A stretch of 64,000 bases of DNA from Macrostomum lignano (taxonomy: Eukaryota): NCBI GenBank assembly GCA_002269645.1, contig NIVC01000736.1:186001-250000 (forward strand). Reading direction: 5' to 3'. A model generated the notes under the pieces. That model was not told where the DNA came from and made no database searches. It saw nothing but the letters and a program-made list of their open reading frames with translations. The position numbers and the translations under genes were made by a program. How positions within the stretch are numbered: the stretch's first letter is position 1; each line of letters starts with the position of its first letter. Positions 57,468-64,000 of this stretch are shown one piece after another.

Positions 57468-60400
57468 TCAGAACAGTGCCCCGTGAAACTCGGCAGCCAG
57501 ACGCAGCAGCGCCAGCTCAGTGCCGCTCTGCATCCGCCTGTTGGCCACGTCCTCCCAGCCGCACTGCTCGGTGTCAGAGGCGGCAGTCAGGGCCGCCAGC
57601 AGTTCGTCGCCGATGGGGCAGGAGGAGTTCTCGTGCACATTGACGCAGGCCGTCTCCAGCCAGGCGTTCTCGCCGTGCAACGCGCCGGCCTCCTCAGTGT
57701 TGACGCCGACGAAAATCTGCGGTTGGTAAGTTGGTTTCTTGGAAATTGCCCATTTTTTCTAGATAGGCCGAATTCAAATTCAAAGTGTGCCGCTAAGTTG
57801 GTTACTAAACTCCACAACCCTAAACTCCACAAACCCTAAACTCCACAAACCCTAAACTCCACAAACCCTAAACTCCACAAACCCTAAACTCCACAAACCC
57901 TAAACTCCACAAACCCTAAACTCCACAAACCCTAAACTCCACAAACCCTAAACTCCACAAACCCTAAACTCCACAAACCCTAAACTCCACAAACCCTAAA
58001 CTCCACAAACCCTAAACTCCACAAACCCTAAACTCCACAAACCCTAAACTCCACAAACCCTAAACTCCACAGACTTTAAACTCCACAAACCCTAAACTCC
58101 AAAAACCCTAAACTCCACAAACCCTAAACTCCACAGACCCTAAACTCCACAAACCCTAAACTCCACAGACCCTAAACTCCACAAACCCTAAACTCCACAG
58201 ACCCTAAACTCCACAAACTCTAAACTCCACAAACCCTAAACTCCACAGACCCTAAACTCCACAGACCCTAAACTCCACAAACCCTAAACTCCACAGACCC
58301 TAAACTCCACAAACCCTAAACTCCACAAACCCTAAACTCCGCAAACCCCAGAGCATCAAGAACCAATAAAGGCTGCCTGTGCACCCGCTCAGCTCCTCCA
58401 TCGCTAGCTCACCGTCTTCACGCTGGCCAGCTTGAGCGCAGCAGCTGCCCGCTCCATTGTCTTCTTCAGGTCCGGCTTAGCGCGCGCCTCAGCAGCCAGG
58501 CAGTCGGTCAGCCAGGCCAGTGCCAGCTCGTCCCCGCAGCTGACCAGGTTGCACCGGTCAGGATGCTTCACCAGGTACTTTGCGAGGCGAGCGGGTTTCG
58601 GTGGGCAAGACAAAAATGAGTCCAGTTTTATTCAAACAATTTAAATTACATTTAATTAGGCGAGGTCATTCGCCAGCGGACTACTTAAAGTAGACGTTTG
58701 CAGACCCCAAACTTCCCAACCCTCAAACTTCACAATCCCAAACTTTACAACCCCAAACTTTACAAACCCAAACTTCCCAACCCCAAACTTCACAACCCCA
58801 AACTTCCCAACCCCCAAACTCCACAATCCCAAACTTTACAACCCCAAACTTCCCAACCCCAAACTTCACAATCCCAAACTTCCCAACCCCAAACTTCCCA
58901 ACCCCCAAACTTCACAACCCCCAAACTTCACAACCCCCAAACTTCACAACCCCAAACTTCACAACCCCCAAACTTCACAACCCTCAAACTTCACAACCCC
59001 CAAACTTCACAACCCCCAAACTTCACAACCCCCAAACTTCACAACCCTCAAACTTCACAACCCCCTAAATTCACAACCACTTAAAAATCCCCAAACTTCA
59101 CAGTCGTAAATTTAAAGCCCCCGAACTTCATAAAATTGGGGACTGCAAGATTAGGGAAGCGCAGAAAGTCAAACTTGTTGAACATTAACTCAGGAAAATC
59201 GGCAACAAAGCCCAAAGTAGAGATGGCGGAGAAAGAGTCGCAGCCAGCCTCACCCAGGGCAGCAGGAACTCCGGCCCGTCCTTGACGGCCACCACCGCGC
59301 ACTGAAGCACTTTGCGGCTGCCACGCCGCACAATGGAGCCGCGATCGTCTCGCCGCCAGCGGGTGACCATCAGCACCAGGGCGTGATTCGGGCCCCACAG
59401 CGGCAGGCGGCCCCGGCCTGAACCCGGCGACACCACAGCGATGCCACCGCCGCCACTTCCGCCGCCACTTCCACTCCGGGTCTGCACCGGATGCAGCGGC
59501 CGGCTGTCAGCGAGCTGGTAGCTGCCGGTCATGGACTTCTTGTTGACTTTGTGCAGCGGATCGAAGGCGTTGAACACAAAGCCGCGGCCGATCTGGGGCT
59601 CGCGCCACTCACACCAGGTCTTCTCCCACCCCGCCTGCTGCTGCTGAGGCGTCTCCGGTAGCGACACCTGGAAGATGGTCGAAATAAAACGCTTTAAAAC
59701 TACTTTTAGTCAGTAGTTGAACCATTTCTGAAAAGTTTCTATTTCTGAACAGATTTTATCGGCAAATGTTCTGATTGTAGTGAAATATCAGCTCTATAAT
59801 TTTATTAATTTACGAGTGGAACTCCTCCTTCGGAGGAGAAAGGGGATAGAACTCTCATCACCGGAATTCCATTCCCTGAAATCCATCAGCTGAATTCCAT
59901 GATCCAACTCAGTTTCAGTAAAAGTCACACGAAGCAGTTGACGTAATTATTTATCAGGCAGTCAGTATCAGTCTCACTTAAAATTAACTTTAAAGATAAA
60001 GTTGTGCAATGTAAATCAACATACAATGTGATGTGTGCAATCTGTGCGGGCGCAACACCTTCGGCGACATCGTCTCATAATCAGTGCTGAGGCAATTCTG
60101 GCCATTCGGCTGACTCCTGAGCACAACACTGTACGCAAGCACGCACTCATTGTGCACAAGCCCAAAATGAGTTTAGCCTAGCACGGAATCGAATCCAGGA
60201 TGCCAGAGTCCAAAGGGATTCACATCCAGAGCAACTTCATACATCATTTTTTCTATAATTTTTTAAGCCAAGCCAGCTCATCTCACCCGGCATATGGCGT
60301 TAACCATGGTGTCGAAGGGCACCGATCTCAGCAGGCGGTGCTCAGCCGTTGAGAAGGCTCGCCAATGCTCAGGCGGCGGCTGCCCTGCGGGCCCCGGCTT

Positions 60401-63400
60401 CGGTGCCGGCAAAACAACCTGGGAGTTCCTGCAGATGGCGAACGCTAAACGGATCAACCCCTCGCTAACGAAACGACCCCTGCCTGCCTCAGCCAATAAA
60501 AAAGCACTAATGAGGTTCCAATGCAAAAGCTTTGGTTTGGTTTTGAAAAGCGACTTTCTTAGTCATCTATTCTCTTTCTGAACCAGTTCATCTGCCCTCG
60601 TCTGTGTTTACTCTCCCTCTCTCACTAGTTCAACTGGGTTTATCTTATCTCTCTTCCCTCACTGCCATCTGATTGGCTCTTCAACCCCCCCCCCTAATTG
60701 AATGCTTCTTATCGATATGTTTGGGCTCAGCGCTCCATGCACCGGTTTCTTCTATAAATAGAAAGGAGGGGTGGAGTGGAAAGAGGCAAGATTGAAGAGC
60801 CAATCAGAAGGCGTTGAAGGAGAGAGATAGAAAAACGAGACTGAGCTAGACAGAGGGGGAGAAATAAGAATAACGAAACTGAGCTAGACAGAGGGGGGAG
60901 ATAAGAATAACGAGACTGAGCTAGACAGAGGGGGGAGATAAGAATAACGAGACTGAGCTAGACAGAGGGGGGAGATAAGAATAACGAGACTGAGCTAGAC
61001 AGAGGGAGCGAGAAGGAGAACAGAGTAAACAGAGACAGGGCAGATGCACTGAGTACGAGCTAGATGACTGAGAGGCGGCCTGCACAAGCGGCCTTAGATA
61101 TTTGGATAATCTGACCATGGGATCAGGGCAGCCCAGTGCAGTATTTACAACTGCAACTTGATGAGTCCAATAGAGACAATTCAAGTGTACTCGTACCCCT
61201 GTACTCGGGCGGCGATGGCCTGCAGCATCTGCATGCAAGCAGAGTGCCGGCCCTCCATCCGGTCGCCCATCGCCTGCAAGCAGGAGGCCACGACCTCAAC
61301 CCGCTCCTCCAAGCCCTGGCACTTCTCTGACAGGCTGTCCAGCTGCCTGAGCTTCTTCTCCGTCTCCTTCAGGCCCTCCTTGATGCGCACGCGAACCACA
61401 CCCTGAATAGGGTGCAGAAGCGAGTTATCCGACTGCTGCTGCTACTGCTAACTATACTACTGTCCGGATATATCACACTACTGACCTGCAGCATGTCCCA
61501 GTCGATCCCGGCAGCTCCTCCGCCGCCCCCTCCGGCGTCGCCGATTCCCAAGACGGCGCTGCCGCTGCCGCCACCGCCGCCTCCACTGGAAGCAGCTCGA
61601 GTTGCAGAGCGAACACCGGCGACGCCACCTCCACCACCGCTGCCGCCGCCGCCGCCGCCGCCCTCTTCCTGACGCCGCAGAAGCTCCTGGGCTCGTAGGT
61701 TCTCCCATTTCACCAGTTGGCTGTCCGTGGCGCGAGCCAAGGCGCCGCCCCGAGAAATCCCGCCTGAGTTGGCAACGAAAAGAGGAAAAGCTGTCATTTA
61801 AACCACTTTGCATCGCGCTACTCACAGTAGCTAATGCGAATGAAGGAAGTCACTCGGCTGGTGCTGGGTTTGAGGGGTGCTGTGTTTGAGGGGTGCTGGG
61901 TTTGAGGGGTGCTGTGTTTACGGGGTGCTGGGTTTGAGGGGTGCTGTGTTTGAGGGGTGCTGGGTTTGAGGGGTGCTGGGTTTGAGGGGTGCTGGGTTTG
62001 AGGGGTGCTGGGTTTGAGGGGTGCTGTGTTTACGGGGTGCTGGGTTTGAGGGATGCTGGGTTTGAGGGGTGCTGGGTTTGAGGGTGCTGGGTTTGAGGGG
62101 TGCTGGGTTTGAGGGATGCTGGGTTTGAGGGGTGCTGGGTTTGAAGAGTGCTGTATTTGAGGTGTTATGGGTTTGAGGGGTGATGGGTTTGAGGGATGCT
62201 GATTCGTCAAATGAGTCTCTATGTTGAGTTCTGAATATTCAATCAGGCTGAACCGAAGTTCTTACGCAGGAATCCTCTGAACGCTGCAAAGGAGACAAAG
62301 GGTTGGGAGACAGCATGGTGAAAATGCTGGATTCACATGGAGCGAATGCTTGCAATTTAGCTGGAACTCATTGTGACTCACTGATCTTGGACATGACCGG
62401 GTCTGTCTCGAACGCCATGCCCCTGCCTTTGCAGATGATGTACAGCAGGATCGCCAGATTCCAGAAGATCGACAGCGGCGGCGGGGCGACGCTTCGCTCG
62501 GTGAAGTCGCGGGTGATGAGGTAGCGCTGCAGAGTCCAGTACTGCAGCGAGGAGCTCTGGATGCGCTCGTAAGTATTGCTGCGGCGAAGGCACGTGTAGA
62601 TCTAATGTAGATCTGATCTCACTCATGTAGATCTCTAAGTAGATCTAATCTCTGTCATGTAGATCTCTAAGTAGATCTAATCTCTGTCATGTAGATCTCT
62701 AAGTAGATCTAATCTCTGTCGTGTAGATCTCTAAGTAAATCTAATCTCTCTCATGTAGATCTCTAAGTAAATCTAATCTCTCTCATATAGATCTCTATGT
62801 AGATCTAATCTCTCTTATGTAGATCTAATTTAGATCTAATTTCTCTCATGTAGATCTCTAAGTAGATCTAATCTCCCAAACTTAGATCTCTAATTATATT
62901 TAATCTCTCTCTTATTAGATCTAATCTCTTTCATGTCGATATCTAAATAGGTCTAATCCCAAATTTAAATCTCTAAGTTTATATAATCTTCCATTTCAGT
63001 CACAATGCAGATCTCCTTTTCTCTTTACACAATACGGTAAGTCTAATCTATTCTATAGATTACTAAATATAATCTATCAGAAGAATCTGGAGAACTACCC
63101 TACCCTTTTGTCATTCGGAAACTAGATGTTTAAAAACTTTGATGTGACATCGGAAATCTGCTTCGGAAACATAGCAGTATTCATACTTTTGTAATAACCT
63201 ATATTCTAAAATCTAGGCTAGGAATTCCATATTAAGAATGGTCTGTCTGTGTAAAACTTTTACCAACATCTTGGATGTCACACTGGAGTTCAACTTCACT
63301 CACGCGAACATTGCGATCAGCAGGTTCAGCAGCAGCACATTTGTGAACACGGTGTAAAAGCCAAGCAATACCGGAGCGATGTACCGGCCCCACGAGTCCG

Positions 63401-63433
63401 GGCACTTTGTAGAGTTCAGCTTGCACTCCTCAG
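57468..63433 (-). CDS. TRPM2: TRPM2-like cation channel, 3' part (S6, TRP helix, coiled coil, NUDT9-H): complement(join(57468..57716,58413..58577,59254..59667,60287..60428,61197..61402,61486..61763,62382..62578,63304..63433)), 5'-partial
   Basis: S6 FYTVFTNVLLLNLLIAMFA|NTYERIQ..YWTLQRY..TRDFTERSVAPPPLSIFW (TRP box and proline motif); heptad region KETEKKLRQLDSLSEKCQGLEERV; NUDT9-like FNAFD..VNKKSMTGSYQL..RPLHP..GRGRLPLWGPNHA..VTRWRRD..VLQ..; GENAWLETACVNVHE..WEDV. All eight exons join in phase. The symbol reflects domain architecture, not tested orthology. Confidence 0.88.
57815..58345. repeat. 16-bp minisatellite (AAACCCTAAACTCCAC)n, TRPM last intron
   Basis: Direct reading. Confidence 0.96.
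58700..59080. repeat. Minisatellite of about 16 bp (CAAACTTCACAACCCC)n, TRPM intron
   Basis: Direct reading. Confidence 0.92.
60838..61006. repeat. 37-bp repeat x5 (GAGACTGAGCTAGACAGAGGGGGGAGATAAGAATAAC), TRPM intron
   Basis: Direct reading. Confidence 0.9.
61858..62205. repeat. 16-bp minisatellite (TGGGTTTGAGGGGTGC)n, TRPM intron downstream of the TRP-helix exon
   Basis: Direct reading. Reverse complement of the 63495-64000 array. Confidence 0.96.
62598..62960. repeat. TAGATCT-based minisatellite, TRPM intron
   Basis: Direct reading. Confidence 0.88.
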
Positions 63434-63494
63434 CTGAGGGTTGGGCAAGGCAAGGTTTGCTTTGCGTGGTGTTTTATAACCAGTATGCAAACAT

Positions 63495-64000
63495 ACCACC
63501 CCCCAAGTCCAGCACCCTCAAATCCTGCACCCCCAAACCCATCACCCCTCAAACCCAGCACCCCTCAAACCCATCACCCCTTAAACCCAGCACACCTCAA
63601 ACCCATCACCCCTTAAACCCAGCACCCCTCAAACCCAGCACACCTCAAACCCAGCACACCTCAAACCCATCACCCCTCAAACCCAGCACACCTCAAACCC
63701 ATCACCCCTCAAACCCAGCACCCGTCAAACCCAGCACCCCTCAAACCCATCCCCCCTCAAACCCATCACATCTCAAACCCATCACCCCTCAAACCCAGCA
63801 CACCTCAAACCCAGCACCCCTCAAACCCAGCACCCCTCAAACCCAGCACCCCTCAAACCCAGCACCCCTCAAACCCAGCACACTCAAACCCAGCACCCCT
63901 CAACCCCATCACCCCTCAACCCCAGCACCCCTCAACCCCAGCACCCCTCAACCCCATCACCCCTCAAACCCAGCACCCCTCAAACCCAGCACCCCTCAAA
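63495..64000. repeat. 16-bp minisatellite (GCACCCCTCAAACCCA)n, TRPM intron upstream of the S6 exon, truncated by window end
   Basis: Direct reading. Confidence 0.96.

Noticed and set aside
57815-58345. Interstitial telomere
   Set aside because: CCCTAA is embedded in a 16-bp unit rather than tandem TTAGGG.

Overview
Eukaryotic (metazoan) genomic DNA with GC-rich exons and tandem-repeat-filled introns. The style resembles a free-living flatworm such as Macrostomum, but that is inference only. Bases 1-13760 are a homogeneous 40-bp satellite. Four spliced genes can be reconstructed by hand with GT-AG junctions and consistent phases: a GPATCH3 orthologue (- strand, 14878-20613), a Scm/SCMH1/SCML2-type Polycomb gene with 2 MBT, SLED and SAM domains (+ strand, 30576-35964), a Tbx20/H15-midline T-box gene (- strand, 42014-49121), and the 3' part of a TRPM2-like channel with a degenerate NUDT9-H domain (- strand, 57468-63433, continuing past the window end). 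About 19 of 23 introns carry their own minisatellite, and most long ORFs in the supplied track are repeat artefacts. The most unusual signals are minisatellites that intersect splicing: (1) 8 tandem copies of a Tbx20 3' splice site plus the first 11 T-box codons, (2) about 29 tandem copies of a Scm 5' splice site, and (3) two inverted copies of one 16-bp array bracketing the in-frame-skippable S6 and TRP-helix exons of the channel. Also notable are a perfect 19-bp palindrome over the putative GPATCH3 start codon and an AT-rich 10-kb domain enriched in TAGGCCTA. No rRNA, tRNA or CRISPR features were recognised.
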